DNA of 64,000 nt from Bacteroidaceae bacterium (GCA_017936265.1 JAGBFX010000025.1:33427-97426); one strand, 5' to 3'. Positions 9,181-19,256 are shown, counted from the stretch's first letter. The notes: generated by a model not told the origin, from the letters alone. Made by a program: numbers and translations.

Positions 9181-9212
9181 AGAGGGCGACCGGTCGGTCG
9201 CCCTCTATTTCT
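9181..9212 (+). terminator. Intrinsic terminator after the HemD-like gene
   Basis: Perfect 11-bp stem, agagggcgacc / ggtcgccctct, with a 4-nt loop, followed by atttct. Confidence 0.7.
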
Positions 9213-9227
9213 CTAACAGAACCCGAC

Positions 9228-9620
9228 ATGCCACGTAACACCTTCCCGTTAAAAGAGCACCTCAAAAGCAAAAAGACAATTGAGAAGCTGTATGCCGAAG
9301 GAGCATCGGTAACCGCATTCCCCTTGCGTGCCGTTTTCATTGAGCAGGGCCAGGAGGAGCAGGAACCCGTGGCTGCAATACTCATCAGCGTGGCAAAGAA
9401 GAGGTTCCGTCATGCAGTTGACCGGAATCTGGTAAAGAGACGCATCCGCGAGGCCTACCGCACGAGCAAACACCCGTTCATAGAAGCACTTGAGAACAAA
9501 GGCAAGAAGATGGCTGTTGCAATACTGTATATCGACACACGCCACAACAGCACATCATTCATCAGACGCAAGATGGAGAGGTTGCTCGAGGGTATAATAA
9601 AGAAGCACGAGACTGCATGA
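9228..9620 (+). CDS. rnpA: Ribonuclease P protein component
   Basis: 130 aa, basic. '[22 protein letters not shown]' is the RnpA signature region. Confidence 0.9.
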   Translation: MPRNTFPLKEHLKSKKTIEKLYAEGASVTAFPLRAVFIEQGQEEQEPVAAILISVAKKRFRHAVDRNLVKRRIREAYRTSKHPFIEALENKGKKMAVAILYIDTRHNSTSFIRRKMERLLEGIIKKHETA

Positions 9621-9838
9621 AAAGACTCCTTGCAAATATTCTCATACTCCCGATAAGGTTCTATCAGAAGTGCATATCGCCCCTGACACCGCCATCGTGC
9701 CGATTCACTCCCACATGTTCGCAATACGCCATTGAGGCCCTGCGCAAGCACGGACCGTTCAAAGGGCTATGGCTCGCCATAAGACGTATCCTGCGTTGCC
9801 ACCCATGGGGAGGCTCAGGATATGACCCCGTACCATAA
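9617..9838 (+). CDS. yidD: Membrane protein insertion efficiency factor YidD
   Basis: 73 aa with '[27 protein letters not shown]'. ATGA overlap with rnpA. Confidence 0.92.
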   Translation: MKRLLANILILPIRFYQKCISPLTPPSCRFTPTCSQYAIEALRKHGPFKGLWLAIRRILRCHPWGGSGYDPVP

Positions 9839-9852
9839 GACAAGCTACAGGA

Positions 9853-10473
9853 ATGATTCTGCTCGACATACACACCCACAATACACTGGCCGACCCGGAG
9901 CGGGCGATATTGAACTGCACGCAGTACGAAACCGGGAGAAAAATCTCGCTCGGTATACATCCATGGCACATCAGCAACGATTGGAAGGAGGAGTTCCGGC
10001 TTCTTGAGCAGACCGCAAGCAATACCAATGTCATCGCCATTGGCGAATGCGGGATGGACAGGCTGAAATCATCAGCCGAGGCAGAGCTGCAGAGAGAGCT
10101 CTTCCGTGCACATGCCCTGCTTGCCGAGAGAGAGCATAAACCTTTGATCATACATTGTGTGAAAGCATTTGATGACATTCTTGCCATACGTAAGGAGATT
10201 ATCCCTGGACAGGCATGGATCATCCATGGGTTCCGCGGCAAGCCCCAGCTGGCCGAGCAGCTGACAAAGGCAGGGATGTTCCTTTCATTGGGTGAGCATT
10301 TCAATGCTGAAAGTGCAAAAACGATACCTGCCGGGAGACTCTTCATAGAGAGCGATGAGAGCACTTTGACTATCGGGGAGATATACAGCCGCATTGCATC
10401 GGCAAGAGGTACTTGCATTGATGAACTGGCGGCACAGACCTATTCAAACAGCATGATTTTCAAACAATATTAA
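9853..10473 (+). CDS. TatD family metal-dependent hydrolase (short form)
   Basis: 206 aa with 'LLDIHTH', 'AIGECGMD' and 'PLIIHCV' metal-ligand motifs. Confidence 0.8.
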   Translation: MILLDIHTHNTLADPERAILNCTQYETGRKISLGIHPWHISNDWKEEFRLLEQTASNTNVIAIGECGMDRLKSSAEAELQRELFRAHALLAEREHKPLIIHCVKAFDDILAIRKEIIPGQAWIIHGFRGKPQLAEQLTKAGMFLSLGEHFNAESAKTIPAGRLFIESDESTLTIGEIYSRIASARGTCIDELAAQTYSNSMIFKQY

Positions 10474-10630
10474 CCGTATTTTGCCGTTTAATGCAACAGC
10501 AAGGAATGTTCACGCCAAATAATTGGCCCGGTAGACAAAATTTCCTATTTTTGCGTTAAACCGCGAAAACAGGATGTGGCTCGGGATAAAAAAACAAGTG
10601 AACTTGTTTTATTCTCCACTCGCCTTTCAC

Positions 10631-10638
10631 TATTTTTG
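10631..10638 (+). promoter_or_regulatory. Candidate Bacteroidetes -7 box (TATTTTTG) for the amino-sugar operon
   Basis: Matches TAnnTTTG, 37 nt upstream of the ATG at 10675. A second copy lies at 10546-10553. Confidence 0.35.
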
Positions 10639-10674
10639 CAATTGTTCACTGCCAACAGAACAGTATACCCGAAG

Positions 10675-11061
10675 ATGGACAAATTAAAGACTTTTACCGA
10701 CAGCCGAGGCAACCTTACCATTGTTGAAGAAGGACACGAGGTGCCATTCAACATAAAGCGAGTATACTGGATATACGGTGTACCTGAAGGAGAGGAACGC
10801 GGCAAGCACTCCAACAAAGTATCGTGGGAGTATGTGGTCGCTGTCAGCGGCAGTGTAGAGATAACACTCGAGGACAAGAACGGCAGAGAGACATATCTGC
10901 TCGACTCAAAGGAGAAAGGATTGGTCATCCCCCCCGACACATGGGATGAGATAAGGAATTTCTCACAGGATGCAGTGCTGTTGGTGCTTGCATCGCACTC
11001 ATACGATGAGACTGCCTACATTAACTCATACGAGGAATTCCTGCAATATATCGGCAAATGA
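10675..11061 (+). CDS. FdtA/WxcM-like sugar 3,4-ketoisomerase (cupin)
   Basis: ATG at 10675 (MDKLKTFTDSRGNLTIVEE...). 'PFNIKRVYWIYGVPEGEERGKH' is typical of dTDP-4-keto-6-deoxyhexose 3,4-isomerases. The longer track ORF (10576) adds a non-homologous extension. Confidence 0.75.
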   Translation: MDKLKTFTDSRGNLTIVEEGHEVPFNIKRVYWIYGVPEGEERGKHSNKVSWEYVVAVSGSVEITLEDKNGRETYLLDSKEKGLVIPPDTWDEIRNFSQDAVLLVLASHSYDETAYINSYEEFLQYIGK

Positions 11062-12011
11062 AAGAAGTTAGGATAGCAAGATACACCCCCGATAAAGCCA
11101 AAGAATGGGACATGTTTGTCGAGGAGAGCCGCAATGGCACATTCCTGCACAGACGAGACTACATGGATTATCATGCCGACCGTTTTACAGACCATTCATT
11201 GCTGTTCTACCGTGACGAAGAGCTTGCAGCGATACTTCCCGCGCATATTAAGGGAGAACTGTTCTGCTCGCACAACGGTCTCACATACGGCGGCTTGCTC
11301 CTCAAGAAGGATATCACTACCGAGGAAGTGCTAGCGATGTTCAGCATGACGCTCAGACACATCGCAGAAGAAACCGACGCAACCACATTCATATATAAGC
11401 CCACCCCGCATATTTACCACAGCTATCCCTGCGAAGAGGACCTCTATGCACTGTTCCGCAACAATGCCAGACTGACCGAGCGTAAGGTATCCTCTGCAAT
11501 ACGACTGAACATGCCACTGCCGATAAGTGGCAGACGCAGACTTACGGAGGCAATGAGAAAGAGACTGCACATAGTTGAGGACGGCGACCTTGCCGCATTC
11601 TGGAGCATTCTTGAGGAGAGGCTACAGGACAAGTATGGCGTATCTCCTGTACACAGCATAGAGGAAATACGTATACTGAAGAGCCGTTTTCCCGAGAACA
11701 TCATACTGACATACGTAACCGACGAGGCAGGGAACATTCTCGGCGGCACATTACTGTTCGTAACCGGGAATGTGGTACACATGCAATACAGCACAACTAC
11801 CGAAGAAGGACGCCGCGTGAGTGCACTCGACTATCTGTACGAGCATCTTATAAACGAGCGCTTCGCCGACAAGGAATACTTTGACTTCGGCATCTCGGTC
11901 GAAGAGGGCGGGTTATACCTCAACAGCGGACTAATAGCCTACAAGGAGCGACTCGGCGGAAGAGCCGTTGTGTATGATACATATGCCATTGACCTGAAAA
12001 CGCCTGTATGA
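11058..12011 (+). CDS. Double-GNAT (FemAB-like fold) acyltransferase
   Basis: 317 aa, overlapping both neighbours by 4 nt. The family call is from memory of similar Bacteroidetes proteins placed between WxcM-like and DegT genes. Confidence 0.55.
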   Translation: MKEVRIARYTPDKAKEWDMFVEESRNGTFLHRRDYMDYHADRFTDHSLLFYRDEELAAILPAHIKGELFCSHNGLTYGGLLLKKDITTEEVLAMFSMTLRHIAEETDATTFIYKPTPHIYHSYPCEEDLYALFRNNARLTERKVSSAIRLNMPLPISGRRRLTEAMRKRLHIVEDGDLAAFWSILEERLQDKYGVSPVHSIEEIRILKSRFPENIILTYVTDEAGNILGGTLLFVTGNVVHMQYSTTTEEGRRVSALDYLYEHLINERFADKEYFDFGISVEEGGLYLNSGLIAYKERLGGRAVVYDTYAIDLKTPV

Positions 12012-13114
12012 TGATTAGATATAATGACCTTAAGAAGATAAACGACGCATACGAGCCTGAGCTGTCAGAAGCTGTGACAAGAGCAGTACGCTCGGGGTGG
12101 TACATACGAGGCAACGAGGACGCGCGTTTCGAGGAGGCATTCGCCGGTTATTGCGGATGCAGCCACTGCATAGGTACAGGAAACGGGCTGGACGCGCTCA
12201 GTATCATAATGCACGCATACCGCGAACTTGGAGTAATGGAAGAAGGGAATGAGGTCATTGTGCCCGCCAACACATTCATCGCCACCATCCTTGCCATAAT
12301 GCATGCGGGGCTCAAGCCCGTATTGTGCGAGCCGTCGGCATCATCATACAACATCGATGCCACAAAGATTGAGCAATTTATTACCGAACGCACACGGGCC
12401 ATAATGCCCGTACACCTATACGGGCAGACCGCCGAAATGGAGCACATTAACGCAATAGCCAAGAAACACTCACTGAAAGTCATTGAAGATGCAGCACAAG
12501 CACACGGAGCCACGTACAACGGTATACGCGTCGGAAGCCTTGGCGATGCAGCAGGCTTCAGTTTCTACCCGGGAAAGAACCTCGGCGCAGTGGGAGACGG
12601 CGGAGCTATAACTACAAACGACAGAGAACTTGCCGAGGTTGCGAGAGCCATTGCAAACTACGGTTCACACAAAAGATATGTAAACCGCTACATGGGATTC
12701 AACAGCCGCCTCGATGAACTTCAGGCCGCCGTATTGGGTGTAAAGCTACCATATCTTGACAGCGACAACGGGAGACGTCGAAACATTGCACGCCGTTACA
12801 TCACAGAGATAGACAATCCACATGTTACATTACCACAGGTAGAGGATTACAGCAGACATGTATTCCATATATTCGCACTTATGTCCCAGTACAGGGAGAA
12901 GCTGCAGGAGCACCTGAAAACAGAAGGAATTGAAACACTCATACACTACCCCATTCCCCCGCACAGGCAAGAGGCACTCAGGCAATTCTGTCACCTGTCG
13001 CTACCTATAACCGAGCAGATTCACAGAGAGGAACTGAGCCTTCCGTGCAACCCCGCAATGAGTGAAGAGGAGGTCACCAGGGTGATTGAGGCGGTAAACA
13101 GTTTCAGACCCTGA
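12008..13114 (+). CDS. DegT/DnrJ/EryC1/StrS family PLP-dependent sugar aminotransferase
   Basis: 368 aa with 'EDAAQAHGA' and '[10 protein letters not shown]', the PLP-lysine region. Confidence 0.9.
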   Translation: MMIRYNDLKKINDAYEPELSEAVTRAVRSGWYIRGNEDARFEEAFAGYCGCSHCIGTGNGLDALSIIMHAYRELGVMEEGNEVIVPANTFIATILAIMHAGLKPVLCEPSASSYNIDATKIEQFITERTRAIMPVHLYGQTAEMEHINAIAKKHSLKVIEDAAQAHGATYNGIRVGSLGDAAGFSFYPGKNLGAVGDGGAITTNDRELAEVARAIANYGSHKRYVNRYMGFNSRLDELQAAVLGVKLPYLDSDNGRRRNIARRYITEIDNPHVTLPQVEDYSRHVFHIFALMSQYREKLQEHLKTEGIETLIHYPIPPHRQEALRQFCHLSLPITEQIHREELSLPCNPAMSEEEVTRVIEAVNSFRP

Positions 13115-13231
13115 CCGGCTCTAACGGCACCTAAACATTGCACAGAGAACGCAACCATTATCCGCGCAACATAATTACAGAACGCGTAATGACCGTTATC
13201 CAAAGGGCTTATACTCAAAAAGAAGGAAAAT

Positions 13232-13264
13232 ATTTGCTTTTTACGCTCGTTTGCATTACCTTTG
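13232..13264 (+). promoter_or_regulatory. Candidate promoter for tRNA-Gln (TTTG-N21-TACCTTTG)
   Basis: The -33 TTTG is at 13232-13235 and the -7 TAnnTTTG at 13257-13264. The -7 box ends ~33 nt upstream of the tRNA. Confidence 0.5.
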
Positions 13265-13296
13265 CACCGCTCTTCAAAAGAGAGCACAATGAGGAT

Positions 13297-13367
13297 TGTC
13301 CTATGGTGTAATGGTAGCACAACAGGTTTTGGTTCTGTTTGTCCTGGTTCGAATCCGGGTAGGACAA
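13297..13367 (+). tRNA. tRNA-Gln (anticodon TTG)
   Basis: Cloverleaf folded by hand. The acceptor is TGTCCTA/TAGGACA, the D arm GTGT..GCAC, the anticodon stem ACAGG/TCTGT with loop TTTTGGT, and the T arm CCTGG-TTCGAAT-CCGGG. CCA is not encoded. Confidence 0.9.
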
Positions 13368-13370
13368 CAA

Positions 13371-13402
13371 AAAAGTCAGTTTCGTTTGAAACTGACTTTT
13401 TT
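13371..13402. terminator. Bidirectional intrinsic terminator (tRNA-Gln / luxS)
   Basis: 13-bp stem aaaagtcagtttc / gaaactgactttt with loop gttt. It is flanked by an A-run and a T-run, so it has a U-tract on both strands. Confidence 0.8.
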
Positions 13403-13414
13403 GTTGTATACCGC

Positions 13415-13894
13415 TTACTCGGGATAGTTCAGATTTTCTTCTGTCGCGCACTCAAGAACCTCGGCAAGATATTTGCGGGCCTCCCAACGTGCCTCGGGCA
13501 GGTTCATCAGCAGATGGTTGCCACAGTCGCGTGCTGTTGCTCCAGGAATGTCGCCCTCATATGAAGCGATGAAGGCAAAAGTCTCCTTCATCAGCTGGAG
13601 TATATCGGACGAAGAGAGATCGCCCTTTACTATCAAGTAGTTGCCTGTAAGGCAGCCCATAGGCCCCCAATACACAATGTCGCTCGCCCATACGGGATGG
13701 TTACGCAGGAAGGTTGCAGCAAGGTGCTCCATAGTGTGTATGGCGCTCGGGCTGAGCGCGGGCTCACGGTTGGGCTCTTTCATGCGCACATCGAAAGTCG
13801 TTATCACTTCGTCGCCGACAGTGTCCTTGCGCGACACATATATGCCACGTTTAAGACGGATGTGGTCTATTGTAAAACTCGGAATCTTTTCCAT
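13415..13894 (-). CDS. luxS: S-ribosylhomocysteine lyase
   Basis: ATG at 13894 (MEKIPSFTIDH...). It has the HTMEHL metal motif and GCLTG. The 196-aa track ORF would run into mtnN. Confidence 0.92.
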   Translation of the reverse strand: MEKIPSFTIDHIRLKRGIYVSRKDTVGDEVITTFDVRMKEPNREPALSPSAIHTMEHLAATFLRNHPVWASDIVYWGPMGCLTGNYLIVKGDLSSSDILQLMKETFAFIASYEGDIPGATARDCGNHLLMNLPEARWEARKYLAEVLECATEENLNYPE

Positions 13895-13898
13895 ATCG

Positions 13899-14594
13899 TT
13901 AAAGGCTTGAAAGGAAACGTCGGGTAACGTCAAATGAGCGGTTGGCCATCTCGCCCCAAAAATTCTCATACTGCTCGATATGCTTCTCCACCCCGGGCGT
14001 GTCACTTATGATGCGGAAACTGACAAAAGGCACATTGTAGATATGGCATGTCTGCGCAATGGCAGCCGACTCCATATCAACGGCAAGACCGGCTGGGAAG
14101 TTCGACTTTATCTTCTCGAGTTCCCCGCGGTCGGTAATGAACTGGTCGCCTGTACATATGAGCCCCGCGTGGATATGTGTACTGTTCTCGGGTGAGTCAT
14201 TGAGCGCCTCGGCTTTCTGCCACAGGCGGTACGGCACCGGAAAGACGGCAGGCATACCCTGCACCTGACCATACTCGCATCCCATTCCGCACCACACGTC
14301 ATGATAGACTATTGATGAACTCACAACGACGTCCATCACACCGAGACACTTGTCTATGCCACCAGCGACACCGGTACTCACGACAGCATCGGGAGAGAAT
14401 GAGCGGATGAGTTCTGCCGCACCCAATGCAGCATTGACCTTACCTATTCCACACTGGCGAAGCACAATCGCATTCTCGCCCAAGGTACCCGTCAGATACT
14501 TGAAACCATCCTTCTCGCACTCCTCCGCACCACAGAGCAGCTTTGCAAGCTGCTCATACTCGGATGTCATTGCCGTCAATACGCCTATTCTCAT
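13899..14594 (-). CDS. mtnN: 5'-methylthioadenosine/S-adenosylhomocysteine nucleosidase
   Basis: 231 aa with 'GIGKVNAA', 'STGVAGG' and 'DMESAAIAQ'. Confidence 0.92.
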   Translation of the reverse strand: MRIGVLTAMTSEYEQLAKLLCGAEECEKDGFKYLTGTLGENAIVLRQCGIGKVNAALGAAELIRSFSPDAVVSTGVAGGIDKCLGVMDVVVSSSIVYHDVWCGMGCEYGQVQGMPAVFPVPYRLWQKAEALNDSPENSTHIHAGLICTGDQFITDRGELEKIKSNFPAGLAVDMESAAIAQTCHIYNVPFVSFRIISDTPGVEKHIEQYENFWGEMANRSFDVTRRFLSSL

Positions 14595-14631
14595 AAAAAC
14601 CGTTCTTTGTCTATATCTGTCTACATAACAA

Positions 14632-15795
14632 TTATGCCATCAACATTGATACAAGAACATATATCCAATGTGCTGCAATACCTGCTACTAAGCCACCAAT
14701 CGTATGTGATAAAATATCCTTTGAAGTAAGACGGCGGTAACCGAGAGCATCGAGCATAGCTGTATGTGTGCTGAGGAAGCCACTCCAGCACATACCGATG
14801 GCAGTAAACACCGCGATAGCATTGCCGTCAATCCATCCCTCGGCCGCGAAGTTGGGAACAAGGCCAAGAGCCGCACCTACAGCACCGATAGCTGTAATAG
14901 GAAATGCAATGAGATGTGGATCGGTAAAGCCGAAGAGCCACTCAAAGATGAAACCGAGTTTCTCTCCGACCCAAGGCAATAGCTGTACACCCTCATAGGC
15001 AGCACCTGTAAAGTCACCAGTCGCCTTTTCTGGACCGAATGTCAATATCATCACAAAAGTAGATATTACGATAACGCCTGGAATGATCATCATACCTACA
15101 TCTACTCCGGTGCGTCCACCATCGAGCAATGAGTCAAGAATACGCAAGAACATAGGCCTTCTGCCGTGGATATCCTTCTCTTCCTCTATATCGTCCAGTT
15201 CCGCCGCATTCTCCTCCTTATAACGGGGATAAGTCTTTACAACAAAGTACTGCATAAGCCTTGTTGAGACAATACATCCGATGACAGCACCAATGAAACC
15301 TACAAGAGGCTCCATAAAATAGCCCTGACCTATCATAAACACAATAACCAACAGGCCCATACCGAAAGCAGTTCCGAAGTTATTGAGCGAGATGAACTGA
15401 TACTTCTTGAAGTATGATGCAAATTTCTTGTCCTGTGCAAGAGAAATGATAGCCGGATTATCAGAGAGGAATGTAAGTACTGCACCCAATGACGCCACAC
15501 CTGGAAGGTTGAAAAGAGGCTTCATCAGCGGACGAAGCAGTTTCTCAAGAAGATTGACAACACCGAACTCGACAAAGATCTTTCCAATGGCACCTGTCAA
15601 CACGCAAATAGCCATAAGATAGAACACAGTGTTAAGCAGCAGGTCGTGCGCCGTGTTCATTACAGTGTTAAGCATATTTGCCGCACCCATCTTGTAACCC
15701 AAATAACCGAACAGCGCAAAAAATATCACCAGACAGATTACTCCGGCAGGGAACCAGCCGAAAATTTTCTTTAAAAAGTTCTTTGTCGTTCTCAT
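14632..15795 (-). CDS. Nucleoside-recognition (Gate) domain membrane protein
   Basis: ATG at 15795 (MRTTKNFLKK...). It is polytopic. The family assignment is from memory of YjiH/Gate-domain proteins. The 80-aa upstream extension in the track looks non-coding. Confidence 0.5.
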   Translation of the reverse strand: MRTTKNFLKKIFGWFPAGVICLVIFFALFGYLGYKMGAANMLNTVMNTAHDLLLNTVFYLMAICVLTGAIGKIFVEFGVVNLLEKLLRPLMKPLFNLPGVASLGAVLTFLSDNPAIISLAQDKKFASYFKKYQFISLNNFGTAFGMGLLVIVFMIGQGYFMEPLVGFIGAVIGCIVSTRLMQYFVVKTYPRYKEENAAELDDIEEEKDIHGRRPMFLRILDSLLDGGRTGVDVGMMIIPGVIVISTFVMILTFGPEKATGDFTGAAYEGVQLLPWVGEKLGFIFEWLFGFTDPHLIAFPITAIGAVGAALGLVPNFAAEGWIDGNAIAVFTAIGMCWSGFLSTHTAMLDALGYRRLTSKDILSHTIGGLVAGIAAHWIYVLVSMLMA

Positions 15796-16054
15796 AGCAA
15801 TAATTATAGAATTGTTTAAATTTCTGTTTAAGGTCATCAGGTGCCAATGCTCCAGATTATGCAAAATTATATTTAAAATCCGAAAATGACAACTATATGC
15901 GAAGATGTTTGATAAAAGTACATGCAAGCAAGAAGCATAGAACACCAATGAACAAAAAAAGAGCGCCCCATTTTGTTTTTGAAATAATTTGCCGTATCTT
16001 GCAGTTGTAAGAGACACACCAGCAAGAATAATCAAACATTAAAACACTTATATT

Positions 16055-17209
16055 ATGCAGATGATTCCAGCAGAGTATGACGAAATCCGTCCTTACGTGC
16101 CCGAGGAACTGCCACAGGTATTCGAGGAGCTTATTGCCGACCCTGAATTCCAGGCTGTAATGTCCTATGCATTCCAAGGCATGCCGTTCGAGCAGATTGC
16201 AGGCGCGATGCGCGCGTCAAAGACCAACCTCGATTTTCAGAAAGCGCTTGTCTATCCTTTCGTGAAAGGAATAATCAAGAAACTGTCGACAGAGTTCACA
16301 TTGGGTTACGACAACAAGGAGCAGCTTGCCAACGCTCTCTGTATCTCGAACCACCGCGACATCATCATGGACTCGGCATTCCTTTGCATTCTCTACGTGG
16401 AGGCCATTGGGAACACTGTAGAGATTGCCATAGGCGACAACCTGCTCATCCGTCCATGGATAAAGAAACTCGTACGCGTGAACCGTAGCTTCATCGTACA
16501 GCGCTCGGCATCAATCAGAGAGATGCTTGCTTCATCGAAGAGGCTATCATCGTACATACACTACACCATTACCGAGCGCAAGCAGCCCATTTGGCTTGCA
16601 CAGCGCGAAGGACGTGCCAAGGACAGCAATGACCGCACACAGGAGGGTCTTATAAAGATGCTATCGATGTACAGCAACGGCGACATCATAGACGCATTGA
16701 AGGAGCTGAACCTTGCACCCACTACAATTTCATATGAGTATGACCCATGTGATTACCTCAAGGCAAAGGAGTTCCAGCAGAAGCGTGATAACCCTGAATG
16801 GAAGAAATCGCCCATGGATGACCTTGTAAACATGAAAGCCGGCATGTTCGGTTTCAAGGGAGGCATCCACTACCACGTTGCAGCATGCATCAACGAGGAG
16901 ATTGACGCCATTGACCGCTCACTCGGCAAGAACGAGAAGACTGCGGCCGTTGCACGCATCATTGACAGGCATATACACAGCAACTACAAGTTCTGGCCCA
17001 TCAACTACTACTTCTATGAGCTCATGACCGGTGACACATGCTTTGCCGACAGATACACTGCTGAGGAGAAGGCAAAGCTGGATGCGTATCTCCAGGGACA
17101 GATTGAGAAGATTGACCTTCCGGACCGAGATGATGAGTTCTGCCGTGCAAGGATACTCGAGATGTATGCCAACCCGGTAAAGAACTACCTTGCCGCAACC
17201 GAAGAGTAA
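16055..17209 (+). CDS. PlsC-family acyltransferase (HX4D motif)
   Basis: 384 aa with 'NHRDIIMD' (HX4D) and 'AQREGRAKD'. The lipid substrate is unknown. Confidence 0.7.
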   Translation: MQMIPAEYDEIRPYVPEELPQVFEELIADPEFQAVMSYAFQGMPFEQIAGAMRASKTNLDFQKALVYPFVKGIIKKLSTEFTLGYDNKEQLANALCISNHRDIIMDSAFLCILYVEAIGNTVEIAIGDNLLIRPWIKKLVRVNRSFIVQRSASIREMLASSKRLSSYIHYTITERKQPIWLAQREGRAKDSNDRTQEGLIKMLSMYSNGDIIDALKELNLAPTTISYEYDPCDYLKAKEFQQKRDNPEWKKSPMDDLVNMKAGMFGFKGGIHYHVAACINEEIDAIDRSLGKNEKTAAVARIIDRHIHSNYKFWPINYYFYELMTGDTCFADRYTAEEKAKLDAYLQGQIEKIDLPDRDDEFCRARILEMYANPVKNYLAATEE

Positions 17210-17232
17210 AAAACGCAATATCATAACAACAT

Positions 17233-17264
17233 ATTTCCACCTTGCGCAAACGCAGGGTGGAAAT
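17233..17264 (+). terminator. Intrinsic terminator after the acyltransferase
   Basis: Stem atttccaccttgcg / cgcagggtggaaat with loop caaa, followed by AT-rich sequence. Confidence 0.6.
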
Positions 17265-17296
17265 ATTATAATTATCCATACAGAATCATTGACAAC

Positions 17297-17330
17297 AAAG
17301 CAGCACCGCCCTTGTGAGCGGTGCTGCTTT
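17297..17330 (-). terminator. Intrinsic terminator after nqrF
   Basis: 13-bp stem aaagcagcaccgc / gcggtgctgcttt, 19 nt downstream of the nqrF stop. Confidence 0.6.
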
Positions 17331-17348
17331 GCATATATATAAGAGGTA

Positions 17349-18617
17349 TTAACCTCCGAAGTTATCGTACATAATTGACTTCTCCTCGACGCCGAGGTCG
17401 GTAAGCATGTTCACAACAGCCTTTGACATCGGGCCAGGACCACACATGTAGTACTCGATATCCTCAGGAGCATCATGATCCTTGAGGTATGTCTCGTAGA
17501 TTACCTGATGTACGAAACCAGCGGTGTACTTCACGCCTGCTGCGTCGGCTGCAGGGTCGGGACGGTCGAGCGCAAGGTGGAATGTGAAGTTGGGGAAATC
17601 CTTCTCCAACTGCAGGAAGTCCTCGAGGTAGAACACCTCGTTGAGCGCACGTGCACCATAGAAGTATGTCATCACACGGTCGGTAGTCTTCAAGGTCTTT
17701 GTCATGTGCATGATCTGCGCACGCAGAGGAGCCATACCGGCACCACCACCTACCCACATCATTTCCTTCTTTGAGTCGAAGATGGGGTGGAAGTCACCGT
17801 AAGGACCGCTCATGATAACCTTATCGCCAGGCTTGAGTGTGAAGATGTATGAAGACGCGATACCGCAAGGTACATCCATGAAGCCTGAACGGTCGGGCTT
17901 GAACGGAGGTGTAGCGATACGTACTGTCAGCATGATGCGGTCACCCTCTGCAGGATAGTTGGCCATAGAGTAGGCACGTATTGTCTCCTCGGTGTTCTTG
18001 CACTTGAGGCCAAGCAAACCGAACTTCTCCCATGCGGGCAGATACTCATCGCCAATGAGTGACTTGTCGATATCCTTGTCATATGTCATGTCATATGTAG
18101 GAATTTTGATCTGTGCATAAGAACCCGGAACGAAGTCCATGTGCTCGCCCGGAGGCAATGCAACGATAAACTCCTTGATGAAGGTAGCGACGTTCTTGTT
18201 AGAGATAACCTCGCACTCCCACTCCTTGACACCCATAACAGACTCGGGCACCTTGATTTCCATGTCGTTCTTACACTTTACCTGACAGCCCAAACGCCAG
18301 TGAGCCTGCTGCTCCTTGCGTGTGAAGTGACTTGTCTCTGAAGGAAGAATCTCGCCGCCGCCCTCTGTTACCTGGAGCTTGCACTGGCCACAAGAGCCCT
18401 TACCGCCACAAGCTGAAGGAAGAAAGATGCCATTCTCGGCAAGTGTACCGAGAAGCGCACCGCCTGCAGCAACCTCAACCTCATTCTCTCCGTTAATCTT
18501 TACCTTGATATTTCCGCCGGGGAGCAGGAAGCGCTTCGCAAGCAGAAGTATAATCACTAACAGAAGGATGACAACAAGGAAGACAACTATACTAGATATA
18601 ATCAACTCTGTATTCAT
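17349..18617 (-). CDS. nqrF: Na+-translocating NADH:quinone reductase subunit F
   Basis: N-terminal TM helix, 2Fe-2S motif CGGKGSCGQCK, and the FAD/NADH domain (RAYSMANYP, GGGAGMAP). Confidence 0.95.
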   Translation of the reverse strand: MNTELIISSIVVFLVVILLLVIILLLAKRFLLPGGNIKVKINGENEVEVAAGGALLGTLAENGIFLPSACGGKGSCGQCKLQVTEGGGEILPSETSHFTRKEQQAHWRLGCQVKCKNDMEIKVPESVMGVKEWECEVISNKNVATFIKEFIVALPPGEHMDFVPGSYAQIKIPTYDMTYDKDIDKSLIGDEYLPAWEKFGLLGLKCKNTEETIRAYSMANYPAEGDRIMLTVRIATPPFKPDRSGFMDVPCGIASSYIFTLKPGDKVIMSGPYGDFHPIFDSKKEMMWVGGGAGMAPLRAQIMHMTKTLKTTDRVMTYFYGARALNEVFYLEDFLQLEKDFPNFTFHLALDRPDPAADAAGVKYTAGFVHQVIYETYLKDHDAPEDIEYYMCGPGPMSKAVVNMLTDLGVEEKSIMYDNFGG

Positions 18618-18629
18618 ATCCTTAATATA

Positions 18630-19256
18630 TTACATTTTAATACCAGAGAAGCACATGAACGCCATTGCCATAAGACCTACAGTGATGAAGGCGATGCCAA
18701 GACCACGCAAGGGCTTAGGAATGTTGCAGTACTCCATTTTCTCACGTATAGCTGCAAAGAGCACAATGGCAACCATCCAGCCAAGACCTGAACCGATAGC
18801 AAAAGCCACAGAATCGGCAAAACAGGTGATAGCCTGTGAATTGTCGGCCGGGAGACCGATGCGCTGCTGCATGAAGAGTGAACCACCCATGATTGCACAG
18901 TTTACTGCAATAAGAGGCAGGAAGATACCGAGCTGGTTGTAGAGAGCAGGAGCGAAACGCTCTACAATCATCTCTACCAGCTGTACGATACCGGCGATTA
19001 CCGCAATAAACAGGATGAATGCAAGGAATGTAAGGTCAACGCCTTCAACTATCGCACCGTTGGCAAGCACTGTTGTCTGCAACAGGTAGTTTACAGGGAG
19101 TGTAATCACCTGCACGAACACGACTGCTATACCAAGACCGATTGCTGTCTTCACGCTCTTAGATACAGCCAGGTATGAACACATACCCAAGAAGAAGGCG
19201 AATACCATATTGTCCACGAATACCGAGCGGACAAGTAAACTGATGAAATGTTCCAT
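18630..19256 (-). CDS. nqrE: NQR subunit E
   Basis: 208 aa, polytopic, with the Rnf/Nqr E-type sequence ([11 protein letters not shown]). Confidence 0.93.
   Translation of the reverse strand: MEHFISLLVRSVFVDNMVFAFFLGMCSYLAVSKSVKTAIGLGIAVVFVQVITLPVNYLLQTTVLANGAIVEGVDLTFLAFILFIAVIAGIVQLVEMIVERFAPALYNQLGIFLPLIAVNCAIMGGSLFMQQRIGLPADNSQAITCFADSVAFAIGSGLGWMVAIVLFAAIREKMEYCNIPKPLRGLGIAFITVGLMAMAFMCFSGIKM

Noticed and set aside
15796-16035. 80-aa N-terminal extension of the Gate-domain membrane protein. Similar extensions occur at 13895-14005 (luxS), 43182-43229 (obg), 44451-44474 (hpt), 52170-52229 (rsmE), 52750-52803 (nuclease), 31672-31725 (rpsH), 10576-10674 (fdtA-like) and 57452-57538
   Set aside because: The extensions lack homology to the respective families. 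Some would overlap the upstream gene. Internal ATGs reproduce the conserved N-termini, so these are artefacts of the longest-ORF rule.
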